From an uncultured Candidatus Berkelbacteria bacterium (GTDB taxonomy: Bacteria; Patescibacteriota; UBA1384; CAILIB01), in the NCBI GenBank assembly GCA_903834195.1, contig CAILIB010000020.1, positions 14,084-78,083 on the forward strand: a stretch of 64,000 nt of DNA, read 5' to 3'. The translations under genes and the position numbers were made by a program. The number at the start of each line of letters is the position of its first letter. Position 1 is the first letter of the stretch. Positions 1 to 8,539 of the stretch are shown piece after piece. Below the pieces are notes generated by a model. That model was not told where the DNA came from. It searched no databases and worked only from the letters and a program-made list of their open reading frames with translations.

Positions 1-32
1 AACAGACACAACGGGCAATTAAAGGAGAGAAA

Positions 33-866
33 ATGGCAAAAAAAGCACTTGATAGCATATCAAAAGGCGCGAACACTGAAGGTGAAGCTACTGAACCGGT
101 AGTTGAAACCATTACACCTCACACCGAACCCAGCAATGAGCCTATACCAACAGCTACTGAACAAGCTGCGCCTGTTCCTGCTGCAAGTTTGGAGTCAACT
201 GCATCAGCTGCCACAGCTATTCCTGTTGCAACAACGCCTAGCACTTCAGATGCTAATGGAATTCCTGTTGCTACTCCAACTGCATCAACTACACCTCCGG
301 GCACAGCAACGCCGCCAAACGAGTTTGAAAGTCTTTTCCCAGAACCCGGCACTGCCTTAAGTGCACCTCCAAGTTGGGTATGGTGGGTAGTTCTGCTTGT
401 TGTTTCACTTATTATTGGTGGAGTAGGCTACGCAATTGCTAAAAACAAGATAAATACCTGGCTTGCTGTCGCAACACCATCACCAACTGCGTTAGTTAGC
501 CAAAGCCCTACAGTCTCTCCGACAACAAAGACTACAGCTACTCCGAGTCCTACTCCAACACCAACAAGCACCCCTACAGCAACTGCAACTCCAAATAGCT
601 TAATTACTATCAGGGTTCTCAACGGAACTACTCAGTCTGGTCTTGCCTCAACAGTGAAGACAATGCTTACAAAAGCAGGTTTTACGGTTCGCACCATAGG
701 TAACGCAGCAACCCAGAATTATACTGCGACAATGATTTACTACCAAACAGGCAAATTAGACGCTGCAAAGGCCGTTCAGAACGCTCTGACGGGCTATACA
801 GCCACACTTCAAGAGTCTGCACAGGCGAATCCAGATAACGTACTGGTAATTCTAGGTAAGAAGTAA
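33..866 (+). CDS. Membrane protein with S/T/P-rich N-terminal region, one TM helix and a C-terminal LytR_C domain
   Basis: Translation shows a low-complexity T/P/S-rich segment, a hydrophobic helix (WVWWVVLLVVSLIIGGVGYAIA) and a C-terminal motif ITIRVLNGTTQSGLA...KAGFTV typical of the LytR_C (LytR cell-envelope-related C-terminal) domain. Confidence 0.55.
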   Translation: MAKKALDSISKGANTEGEATEPVVETITPHTEPSNEPIPTATEQAAPVPAASLESTASAATAIPVATTPSTSDANGIPVATPTASTTPPGTATPPNEFESLFPEPGTALSAPPSWVWWVVLLVVSLIIGGVGYAIAKNKINTWLAVATPSPTALVSQSPTVSPTTKTTATPSPTPTPTSTPTATATPNSLITIRVLNGTTQSGLASTVKTMLTKAGFTVRTIGNAATQNYTATMIYYQTGKLDAAKAVQNALTGYTATLQESAQANPDNVLVILGKK

Positions 867-1997
867 ATGAAAAAAAGTGGTTGGTACCGTAATTTAAGTA
901 CCACACAACGTCGAAAACTGCTTGGGACTGTAATTGGTTCTGTTCTTCTTATTACACTGGGAGCTATTGGTTTCCTGACGAAAAGCTCTCCTGATAGCGG
1001 ATCATCTTGTATTTTGTGCTTAAATTCCACAGCAACACCTACCGCAACTGCAACAGTTATTCCCACAGCAACACCAGCCCCTCTTGTAAGTCGATCGCTT
1101 GACGGCGTTTTAGTTCCCCAAGATAAAGCTTCAATTCGCCCTTTGGCAGTTATGATTGAAAATCACCCAGATGCTCGTCCACAAAGTGGCCTTTCAAGTG
1201 CCAATTTAGTGTACGAAGCCATTGCTGAAGGTGGGATTACTCGGTTCATGGCAGTTTTTGCCGACCCAAGCGTAGCAGTTCGCGTAGGACCTGTTCGAAG
1301 TGCTCGGACGTATTTTCTCGACTTTGCAACCGAACTAAATGCATATTACGCCCACGTGGGTGGAAACATTGATGCACTTGATCAGATCAAGCAGCAGGGT
1401 GGCGTAGGGAACTTAGACCAATTTAGTGTTGGTGCGCCAGTATACGGACGCGATAGCAGCCGCAAGGTAGCCATTGAACACACCATGTATTCTTCTACCG
1501 ATAAGTTATGGAACTACGCACAGACAAAAGACATGACGCCGTTTACAAGTTCATATACACCGTGGAAGTTTATTGATAGTGCACTTCCAGGTGCGCATCC
1601 AGCTACCGAGCCAGTTGTAAGTATTAATTTCTCAACTGCATCATACAAGGTTACATGGACGTATGATGGAACACACAATATTTACCTCAGAAACCTCGCT
1701 GGAGCAGCACATATCGACGCAAATACTAATACCCAAATTAGTGCAAGTAATATTGTTCTTGAAACAGTAAATCACACACATATCACAACCCGAATGGGTG
1801 AGGATGGCTGGCGATTCCAATTAACTGGATCAGGTACAGGGGTCCTAATACAAAATGGATCCGCCCGACCAATCTCCTGGAAGAAGAGTGGTACTGGACG
1901 GACCATTTATAGTAATTCAGATGGAACAGAAGTAAGTTTTGTGCGCGGCACTACCTGGGTTGAACTAGTTCATCCAGAAACCGCAGTGAGCTACTAA
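867..1997 (+). CDS. DUF3048 domain protein (YerB-like)
   Basis: The N-terminal TM helix is followed by a T/P-rich linker. The conserved block LAVMIENHPDARPQSGLSSANLVYEAIAEGGITRFMAVF is characteristic of DUF3048. Confidence 0.55.
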   Translation: MKKSGWYRNLSTTQRRKLLGTVIGSVLLITLGAIGFLTKSSPDSGSSCILCLNSTATPTATATVIPTATPAPLVSRSLDGVLVPQDKASIRPLAVMIENHPDARPQSGLSSANLVYEAIAEGGITRFMAVFADPSVAVRVGPVRSARTYFLDFATELNAYYAHVGGNIDALDQIKQQGGVGNLDQFSVGAPVYGRDSSRKVAIEHTMYSSTDKLWNYAQTKDMTPFTSSYTPWKFIDSALPGAHPATEPVVSINFSTASYKVTWTYDGTHNIYLRNLAGAAHIDANTNTQISASNIVLETVNHTHITTRMGEDGWRFQLTGSGTGVLIQNGSARPISWKKSGTGRTIYSNSDGTEVSFVRGTTWVELVHPETAVSY

Positions 1998-2809
1998 AAC
2001 TTCGACCAACAGTGCCTTGAGGCGTTCCATGCATCTATCCCGCCTTGGGATATTTTCCATGCAGCAGCCTCGGCATTTGCTGTAGCGTCCCAAATTGAAC
2101 GACCAGCTTGACCTGCAGGGGTTGCGCGGAAAGTTGAAGGCATAAACTGGAACAACCCAGAAGCTGACGAACCACTTTTATTGCGATCACTTGGGTCATA
2201 CCCAGATTCACAATAGGCAATGTGGATTAAGAGGTCAGCGTCAACGCCATACTCAGCAGCAGCATTACGAATGATATTCTTAATATCTTCCTCGCCTGGA
2301 ATGCTAGATTGAGTATTTTGGGCACTCTGAGCAGCTACAGCGGCAAGCTGAGCTTGACGATCCTGCTCAATTTGAGCGGCAGCTGCATCTTTTTCAGCCT
2401 GCACACGAGCAGCCTCAGCTGCGGCAGCATCTGCATTTTGTTGAGCAATAACAGCATCAGCCTGCTCGGTGGCAAGACTTTTACCAATTGCGACGGGTTG
2501 AAGCGCAGGCGATGAAATCAGAATTGATTTCTCATCATCCTTGCTGAAGGTGAGCGCACCAACCACAGAAGTGGAGATGCGCACCTGTCTCGGAATGGGG
2601 CCGGAATCATCAGAAGCAGCCTGCACAGGTGAAACCAGTGTAGCTAATGGAATAGGACCGAGCGCAATTCGTGCCGCAACAAGCCCTAAAGCCAGTCTTT
2701 GTGATGAACGCCAGTTGATTTTCGGCTGTGAAGCACGCAACTGACTTATCCGATATTTAGCAAGAATTGAAGTTCTTGCTGCCCCCCGTTTAATACGAGT
2801 TAAAATCAT
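1994..2809 (-). CDS. Lytic transglycosylase (SLT domain) with a coiled-coil A/Q-rich linker
   Basis: The C-terminus carries the SLT catalytic-core signature HIAYCESGYDP...SASGLFQFMPSTF (E-S ... GL-Q). An upstream AAAEAARVQAEKDAAAAQIE region looks coiled-coil. Confidence 0.6.
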   Translation of the reverse strand: MILTRIKRGAARTSILAKYRISQLRASQPKINWRSSQRLALGLVAARIALGPIPLATLVSPVQAASDDSGPIPRQVRISTSVVGALTFSKDDEKSILISSPALQPVAIGKSLATEQADAVIAQQNADAAAAEAARVQAEKDAAAAQIEQDRQAQLAAVAAQSAQNTQSSIPGEEDIKNIIRNAAAEYGVDADLLIHIAYCESGYDPSDRNKSGSSASGLFQFMPSTFRATPAGQAGRSIWDATANAEAAAWKISQGGIDAWNASRHCWSKF

Positions 2810-2897
2810 ACGAGGAATACTTTACCATTCTAAGCCTATTATGTCAATTCCATAGACGAATAATGATTATTCTTCATCAGTAATTCATTAGTTTGTA

Positions 2898-3362
2898 ATG
2901 AATATTTTTAAACACCAAATGTGGTATAGTTTAGCCATGCGCGACAACAAATGGCTGGCAGATTTACTCTTCCGACTGCACGCTGAATACTACGCCGATG
3001 TACCAATCATGAACCTGGTTTTGGTTCGTTTTGCACGCGCGAGCAAAACACGATTAGGCAGTATTATTGCCCGACCACGCAAAGGCCATAAAGAAATGGT
3101 AACCACCATTACAATAAATGAGCTTTTTCGAAATGAGGAAGAAGTCCCTGAATATGTAATCATAGCAACGTTGCTGCACGAGTTTGCCCACTACGCACAC
3201 GGATTTCACTCACCACTTCCACAAAAATACAGATACCCCCATCGTGGTGGCATCGTAAATAAAGAAATTAGAGCAAGAGGCGGGGGAGAAATCCTCAAAC
3301 AACAGGAGTCCTGGATAAAAAACTCATACAAACCGTTCTTACGAAGTAAACGACTCATATGA
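2898..3362 (+). CDS. Putative HExxH zinc metallopeptidase (SprT/DUF45-like)
   Basis: An HEFAHYAHGFH motif (HExxH plus a downstream H) sits in a small protein of about 150 aa. The family assignment is tentative. Confidence 0.35.
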   Translation: MNIFKHQMWYSLAMRDNKWLADLLFRLHAEYYADVPIMNLVLVRFARASKTRLGSIIARPRKGHKEMVTTITINELFRNEEEVPEYVIIATLLHEFAHYAHGFHSPLPQKYRYPHRGGIVNKEIRARGGGEILKQQESWIKNSYKPFLRSKRLI

Positions 3363-3724
3363 CACCACCAAGCATTTTCACCAAAATTATTAACCGAGAA
3401 GTTCCTGCTGATATTCTTTTTGAGAATGAACGCATAATAGTCATCAAGGATATTAAGGCAGATGCACCGATTCACTATCTTGGCATTACAAAGCATCCCT
3501 ACCTTAACCTCGACGATTTACTCACATCAAGTAATCAAGAAAAAGAGTTACTTTGGGAACTATTTACCACACTCGCATCTCTTGCAGATCAAGCCGGAAT
3601 TAAAGAAAGTGGGTATCGCATAATTACAAATAACGGACCCGACGCACGACAAGTTGTACCCCACCTTCACATACATTTACTCGGTGGAGAACCCCTAAAC
3701 ATTCAAGATCACCCACAAGCTTGA
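3359..3724 (+). CDS. HIT-family (histidine triad) hydrolase
   Basis: The N-terminus IFTKIINREVPADILFENE and the histidine triad HLHIHLLGG are both present. Confidence 0.8.
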   Translation: MTPPSIFTKIINREVPADILFENERIIVIKDIKADAPIHYLGITKHPYLNLDDLLTSSNQEKELLWELFTTLASLADQAGIKESGYRIITNNGPDARQVVPHLHIHLLGGEPLNIQDHPQA

Positions 3725-3781
3725 TTTTTCCTAAGTCTTTAGGTAGAATCAGCCCTGTACTAAATTAATGATTCTCCTGGA

Positions 3782-3973
3782 ATGATCGTTACTCGCAAAG
3801 AAAAAGAAACAAACCAGCAGGTGCTTCGTCGTTTCAATCGCCTTATGCAGCAGGATGTTAAGCTGAAGAAGGTTCGAGACAAGAAGAACTTCGCTAAAGA
3901 GCCAAACCGTTTCGCTCGCCTTCAGAGCGCCCTGCGTAAAGCGCAGTTGCGTGACGAAAAGCAGTGGTACTAA
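3782..3973 (+). CDS. rpsU: 30S ribosomal protein S21
   Basis: A 63-aa basic protein with the LRRFNRLMQQ...ARLQSALRKAQLR pattern typical of bS21. It lies immediately upstream of yqeY, a conserved adjacency. Confidence 0.6.
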   Translation: MIVTRKEKETNQQVLRRFNRLMQQDVKLKKVRDKKNFAKEPNRFARLQSALRKAQLRDEKQWY

Positions 3974-4010
3974 CCGCTCTGGTTTTTATACACAAGTAAT
4001 AAGGCAGACA

Positions 4011-4451
4011 ATGGCACTACAGGAAACCCTGACCGCCGACCTCAAAACTGCCATGCTCAGCCGAGACACTCAAACTGTCTCGGTTTTGCGTATGCTGCAG
4101 TCTACGCTCAAATATAGCCAAATTGAGGCCGGAAAAGCACTCACAGACGAAGAAATCGTTATACTTATTCGAAAAGAAGTTAAAAAGCGTAACGAATCAG
4201 CAGCTGCGTACAAAAATGCTCAACAGACTGAGCGAGCTGATGCCGAACTTGCTGAATCAGAGATACTAAAGAAATATTTACCTGCAAGCATTGATCCAGC
4301 TATCATTCGCACCTTTTTAGAGAGCGAGGCTAAGGCTTTTGGTCAACTAGAACCAAAGCATAAAGGCGATCTTATTAAAGCTGCAATGCAAAAGTTTGCT
4401 GGTCAAACTGACGGCAAAACTGTATCAGATATTGTTAATAGCCTGTTTTAA
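4011..4451 (+). CDS. yqeY: GatB/YqeY-domain protein
   Basis: The sequence LQETLTADLKTAMLSRDTQTVSVLRMLQSTLKYSQIEAGKALTDEEIVILIRKEVKKRNESAAAYK is typical of the YqeY family. The start is moved to the internal ATG at 4011 because the ORF-track start at 3951 overlaps rpsU. Confidence 0.7.
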   Translation: MALQETLTADLKTAMLSRDTQTVSVLRMLQSTLKYSQIEAGKALTDEEIVILIRKEVKKRNESAAAYKNAQQTERADAELAESEILKKYLPASIDPAIIRTFLESEAKAFGQLEPKHKGDLIKAAMQKFAGQTDGKTVSDIVNSLF

Positions 4452-4452
4452 C

Positions 4453-4905
4453 GTGCCTGTTCATTTTCTTGCGTCTCCTGAAGATATCGTAGAAATAGGG
4501 GAGAACGACCTCATTTCACTTTCAAATTCGTATGATGCACTTTTCCCTGGCGAGTCTTTTGCCTGCGATCTTACACTCATAAGCCTCGAAGAAATCCAAA
4601 ACCTCAACCGAGATCACCGTAATATCGACACACCTACTGATGTTCTCAGTTTTCCAACATTCTCAGATCAAGTTGAACTACATACCGCAGCTAAAGATCA
4701 TGAAGTTCTCCTAGGCTCAGTTGTAATTGCGCGCGAAAAGGCCATTGAATACGGCGAAACACTCATACAACTCACTCATCATGGGCTCCTACACCTGATG
4801 GGGGAGGACCACGAGACTAATTTGACTCGCTGGCAAGCCCAAGAAGAGCGTATACTAGTAGAGTTAGCTAAATCACACATTACATTCCCAGCAGTTACCG
4901 TATGA
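4453..4905 (+). CDS. ybeY: Endoribonuclease YbeY (rRNA maturation factor)
   Basis: TDVLSFP and the zinc-binding HHGLLHLMGEDHE motif are present. A GTG start is proposed at 4453, directly after the yqeY stop, whereas the ORF-track start at 4396 would overlap yqeY. The exact start is uncertain. Confidence 0.75.
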   Translation: MPVHFLASPEDIVEIGENDLISLSNSYDALFPGESFACDLTLISLEEIQNLNRDHRNIDTPTDVLSFPTFSDQVELHTAAKDHEVLLGSVVIAREKAIEYGETLIQLTHHGLLHLMGEDHETNLTRWQAQEERILVELAKSHITFPAVTV

Positions 4906-5273
4906 CACAGTTTAACTACCGCAAATTCTTCCGCAGTTTTAAATACGCCATCCGTGGACTTGTCCGCCTTATTGAAACTGAACAAAATGCACGTGTGCAT
5001 TTAATGGCCAGTGTCCTCCTCGGAATTGCATCAGTAGCATTCAAGCTGTCACATACCGAAGTTGCAGTACTTTTCTTCGCTGTAGTACTCGTATTTGCAG
5101 TTGAAATTATTAACACAGCAATAGAAAAACTACTTGATGTTGTGCATCCTGAGAGTCATTCTCAAATAGCCTTTGTAAAAGATGCCCTTGCTGGATCTGT
5201 ACTAATTGCAGCTACCATTGCCCTGGCAGTAGCCTTTTTCATATTCTACCCCCACGTACGCGACCTATTTTAG
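4902..5273 (+). CDS. dgkA: Diacylglycerol/undecaprenol kinase (DgkA family)
   Basis: A 3-TM small protein with the conserved AVEIINTAIEKLLD core. It overlaps the ybeY stop by 4 nt (ATGA), matching the conserved ybeY-dgkA arrangement. Confidence 0.7.
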   Translation: MTQFNYRKFFRSFKYAIRGLVRLIETEQNARVHLMASVLLGIASVAFKLSHTEVAVLFFAVVLVFAVEIINTAIEKLLDVVHPESHSQIAFVKDALAGSVLIAATIALAVAFFIFYPHVRDLF

Positions 5274-5295
5274 GTCTTTTATCTGCCAAATAACC

Positions 5296-5324
5296 TTGTA
5301 AGGGCCGGAAAAGGTCCGTATACT
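5296..5324 (+). promoter_or_regulatory. Candidate sigma70-type promoter of ftsA (TTGTAA-17 nt-TATACT)
   Basis: The -35 TTGTAA is at 5296-5301, followed by a 17-nt spacer and the -10 TATACT at 5319-5324. The ftsA ATG lies only about 8 nt downstream, which implies a near-leaderless transcript. Confidence 0.3.
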
Positions 5325-5332
5325 ACGTTTAT

Positions 5333-6571
5333 ATGAGTCAAAGAAACGTTATTGTCGGTATCGATGTAGGCAGCACTAAAATTGCTACTACTATTGGTCA
5401 CATGCAGGAGAATGGTATCGATATCATTGGAGTTGGCTATGCCGCATCCAATGGACTTCGAAAGGGAATGGTTGTTGATATTGAAGAAACAGTATCTTCT
5501 ATCTCAGCCTCACTTGAAGAAGCTGAGCGCATGAGCGGACTACCAGTTACAGAAGCTGTGGTATCCATTGGTGGAATCCACATCCAATCTTCAGCTTCAA
5601 AAGGTGTAATTGCTGTTTCAAGCCCAAATGGAGAAATTACAGATAACGATGTACTTCGGGTACTCGACGCTGCACGCGCAGTAAGTGTCCCACCTAACCG
5701 TGAAATCCTTCACGCTCTCCCACGCAGTTACGCAATTGATGGACAATCTGGTATTAAAGACCCATTAGCCATGACTGGTATCCGCTTAGAGGTTGATACT
5801 CAGGTGATCAGTGGAGCAACCGCTCCAATTAAGAACTTGAATAAGTGCTTAGCTCAGGCAGGTGTAAATGTTACTGAAATGGTATTTACTCCACTTGCAG
5901 CAGCACGAGCAGTTCTTTCAAAGCGACAACGCGAAATTGGTGTATGTATCTTAGATATCGGTGGAAGCACAACGAGCTTCGCTATATTTGAAGAAGGTGA
6001 CGTACTTCATGCAGGAGTACTCCCAATTGGCGCCGCACACATTACAAACGATATTGCGATCGGACTTCGCACTTCTATTGATAATGCTGAAATTATCAAA
6101 GTTAAACACGGTTCAGCCCTTCCTGAAAAAATTGATCCAGACGTTGAAATTGATCTTGCAAAAATTGATAAGCATGAAGAAGGCAAAATTAACCGCAAAT
6201 ACGTAGCTGAGATCATCGAAGCCCGTATGCACGAGATTCTTACCATGGTCCGCGATGAACTTCGTAAAGTAGGCCGAGAAGGTACATTGCCTGCCGGAAT
6301 TATCCTTACCGGAGGAGGTGCAAAACTGGACGGCATTGTGGAAATGGCCAAACATGTTCTCAAATTGCCTGTACAGGTTGGGCAACTCACACATGATGTC
6401 TCCGGTATGGTTGACAACATATCCGACCCTCTGTATGCTTCAAGTGTCGGATTGATGCTTTGGGGTATGGAAGCTACAAATGCTTCCTCAAGCCACAAAC
6501 GCTCACATTCTAATGCCTTGGGGGGAGCATTGGATCGCGCAAAAACCTTGTTCAAGAATATCCTGCCGTAA
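5333..6571 (+). CDS. ftsA: Cell division protein FtsA
   Basis: An actin-like ATPase with N-terminus VGIDVGSTKIATTIG and with S(I/V)GG and ILTGGGA motifs. It is immediately followed by ftsZ. Confidence 0.9.
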   Translation: MSQRNVIVGIDVGSTKIATTIGHMQENGIDIIGVGYAASNGLRKGMVVDIEETVSSISASLEEAERMSGLPVTEAVVSIGGIHIQSSASKGVIAVSSPNGEITDNDVLRVLDAARAVSVPPNREILHALPRSYAIDGQSGIKDPLAMTGIRLEVDTQVISGATAPIKNLNKCLAQAGVNVTEMVFTPLAAARAVLSKRQREIGVCILDIGGSTTSFAIFEEGDVLHAGVLPIGAAHITNDIAIGLRTSIDNAEIIKVKHGSALPEKIDPDVEIDLAKIDKHEEGKINRKYVAEIIEARMHEILTMVRDELRKVGREGTLPAGIILTGGGAKLDGIVEMAKHVLKLPVQVGQLTHDVSGMVDNISDPLYASSVGLMLWGMEATNASSSHKRSHSNALGGALDRAKTLFKNILP

Positions 6572-6590
6572 TACTATTTAATCTCTCCCC

Positions 6591-7907
6591 ATGATGAATC
6601 GAAGTTCCGGGGCACGCACTCAGTTCACTCCTCAACATAACCCAGCTGGTCCAGATGGATACGCTGTTATTCGTGTTGTTGGCGTAGGCGGCGGAGGCTC
6701 AAACACAGTTCAACGAATGATAAACTCCAAAATGCGTGGAGTTGAATTTGTTGCAATTAATACCGATGCACAGGCTCTCTCTAATAATGACGCCTCGGTA
6801 AAAATTCAAATTGGTAAGGAAACCACGCGCGGTCTTGGTTCAGGAGCTGATCCTGAAGTTGGACGCCGTTCTGCTGAAGAGAATAAAGAAGAGATCTACG
6901 AAACCCTTAAAGGTTCCGACATGGTTTTCATTACCTGTGGTATGGGTGGTGGAACTGGTACAGGTGCATCTCCATTTGTTGCTTCAATTGCTAAAGAACT
7001 TGGTGCACTTACAGTAGGTGTTGTTACAAAACCGTTCGCTTTCGAAGGTCAACGCCGTCGTAAGGTTGCTGATTTAGGTATTCAGGATCTTAAAGAAAAC
7101 GTAGACACTCTCATTACAATTCCAAACGATCGTCTACTCCAAGTTATCGATAAGAAAACTTCTTTATTCGATGCCTTCGGCGTAGTTGATGATGTACTTC
7201 GCCAAGGTGTACAAGGTATTTCAGATCTTATCACTTTGCCTGGTATCATTAACCTCGACTTTGCTGACGTTAAAGCCATCATGCAAGATGCAGGTTCAGC
7301 ACTTATGGGAATCGGCCGCTCTTCTGGTGACAACCGCGCAATCGAGGCTGCTCGCTCAGCAATTGATAGCCCACTCTTGGAACTGTCTATCGATGGTGCC
7401 AAAGGTATTCTGTTCTCTATTGCTGGTGGAACTGACCTTGGTATGTACGAAATTGATGAAGCTGCTAAAGCAATTACCGAAGCCGCTGACGCAGATGCAA
7501 ATATTATCTTCGGTACCATTATCGATGAAGCCATGCAGGGCGAAGTTAAAATCACAGTTGTTGCAACTGGATTTGAACAAGAAACCAATAAGCAACAAGG
7601 TCGTCGCTTCGTTATTGGTGGTAACACTATGGGAATGCCAATGCAGCGCCCAAACACTCCAGAATACGGCCAACCAAGCACTCCACAGCAAGATCAGAAC
7701 CAATACGCTCCTCAACCACAGCAAGCGCCTGTACAGCCTCAGTACGCTTCTCCGTATGACCCAGCTCCTGTACGCCCTGATTTTAATCAGCAACCTCAAC
7801 CACTTCCGCGCTACCACACAGAGGCACCTCAACAGCGTCAACCTGAACCTCAGGGTGATGAAGAAGAACTTGAAGTTCCAACCTTCATTCGACGCAAACT
7901 TAAGTAA
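6591..7907 (+). CDS. ftsZ: Cell division GTPase FtsZ
   Basis: The tubulin signature [10 protein letters not shown] and the T7 loop NLDFADV are present, and the C-terminal tail is Q/P-rich. Confidence 0.95.
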   Translation: MMNRSSGARTQFTPQHNPAGPDGYAVIRVVGVGGGGSNTVQRMINSKMRGVEFVAINTDAQALSNNDASVKIQIGKETTRGLGSGADPEVGRRSAEENKEEIYETLKGSDMVFITCGMGGGTGTGASPFVASIAKELGALTVGVVTKPFAFEGQRRRKVADLGIQDLKENVDTLITIPNDRLLQVIDKKTSLFDAFGVVDDVLRQGVQGISDLITLPGIINLDFADVKAIMQDAGSALMGIGRSSGDNRAIEAARSAIDSPLLELSIDGAKGILFSIAGGTDLGMYEIDEAAKAITEAADADANIIFGTIIDEAMQGEVKITVVATGFEQETNKQQGRRFVIGGNTMGMPMQRPNTPEYGQPSTPQQDQNQYAPQPQQAPVQPQYASPYDPAPVRPDFNQQPQPLPRYHTEAPQQRQPEPQGDEEELEVPTFIRRKLK

Positions 7908-7920
7908 TATACTTCAAATT

Positions 7921-7944
7921 AACCGGCTTCGGCCGGTTTTTTTG
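7921..7944 (+). terminator. Rho-independent terminator after ftsZ
   Basis: The hairpin AACCGGC-TTCG-GCCGGTT is followed by TTTTTTTG. Confidence 0.75.
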
Positions 7945-8051
7945 TGTCCTGCCCGTAGACAAAACCACAACATGTAGTAATTGAATGCTTCCCAAGCAGA
8001 TAATTTCCCTATCAATAGTCGAGGTATATAGGGGAGCAAGATGTAGTGGTA

Positions 8052-8082
8052 GTACAATATGTATATCTACCATATGTAGTAG
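8052..8082. promoter_or_regulatory. Two adjacent NrdR-box-like palindromes upstream of nrdR-nrdJ
   Basis: TAGTACAATATGTATA (8050-8065) and CTACCATATGTAGTAG (8067-8082) both fit the core C-w-A-T-A-T-r-T-w-G of the NrdR box consensus. They lie just 5' of the nrdR ATG at 8090. Confidence 0.5.
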
Positions 8083-8089
8083 AAATACG

Positions 8090-8530
8090 ATGATTTGCCC
8101 CAAATGCAAGCACACAGAGAGTCAAGTAGTTGATTCTCGAGATGCACAAGAAGGTGTGCGTCGCCGTCGCGAGTGCCTGGGCTGCCGCTTCAGATACACC
8201 ACGTACGAACGCATTGAAAACCCAACAATTGTAGTTACAAAGAAAGACGGGAGCAAGGAGCGTTTCAACAGCGAAAAAGTTCGCAAAGGAGTTGCAACTG
8301 CCTGCAAAAACCGTCCAGTTTCAGACATACAAATCGACGACGTAGTTAGTGAAGTGGAACACTTAGTCTACTTCTCTGGCCGCGAAGAGATCACATCTCA
8401 TGAAATAGGTGACTACGTTCGAGCATGCTTACAAAAACTAGACGAGGTCGCATACGTACGCTTCGTTTCGGTATACCAAGCCTTCTCAGATATCGATGAA
8501 TTCACCAAAACAATTAACACCCTTAGTTAA
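8090..8530 (+). CDS. nrdR: Transcriptional repressor NrdR
   Basis: It starts MICPKCKHTESQVVDSRDAQEGVRRRRECLGCRFRYTTYE, which is the zinc ribbon plus ATP-cone. The start is set at ATG 8090 because the ORF-track start at 7985 adds a non-homologous extension that would cover the operator. Confidence 0.85.
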   Translation: MICPKCKHTESQVVDSRDAQEGVRRRRECLGCRFRYTTYERIENPTIVVTKKDGSKERFNSEKVRKGVATACKNRPVSDIQIDDVVSEVEHLVYFSGREEITSHEIGDYVRACLQKLDEVAYVRFVSVYQAFSDIDEFTKTINTLS

Positions 8531-8539
8531 TCTTCAGTC

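Noticed and set aside
3951-4010. ORF-track start of yqeY at 3951 overlapping rpsU
   Set aside because: The first 20 codons overlap the S21 CDS and are not homologous to YqeY. The start is moved to the internal ATG at 4011.
6007-6555. 182-aa antisense ORF within ftsA, and 93-aa ORF at 6113-6394
   Set aside because: They lie fully inside the conserved ftsA CDS on the opposite strand, with no motif.
7082-7977. Several long ORFs (7082-7681 -, 7186-7977 +, 7356-7841 -) overlapping ftsZ
   Set aside because: They are alternate-frame or antisense ORFs inside a very well supported ftsZ reading frame. They are low-complexity L/S-rich translations.
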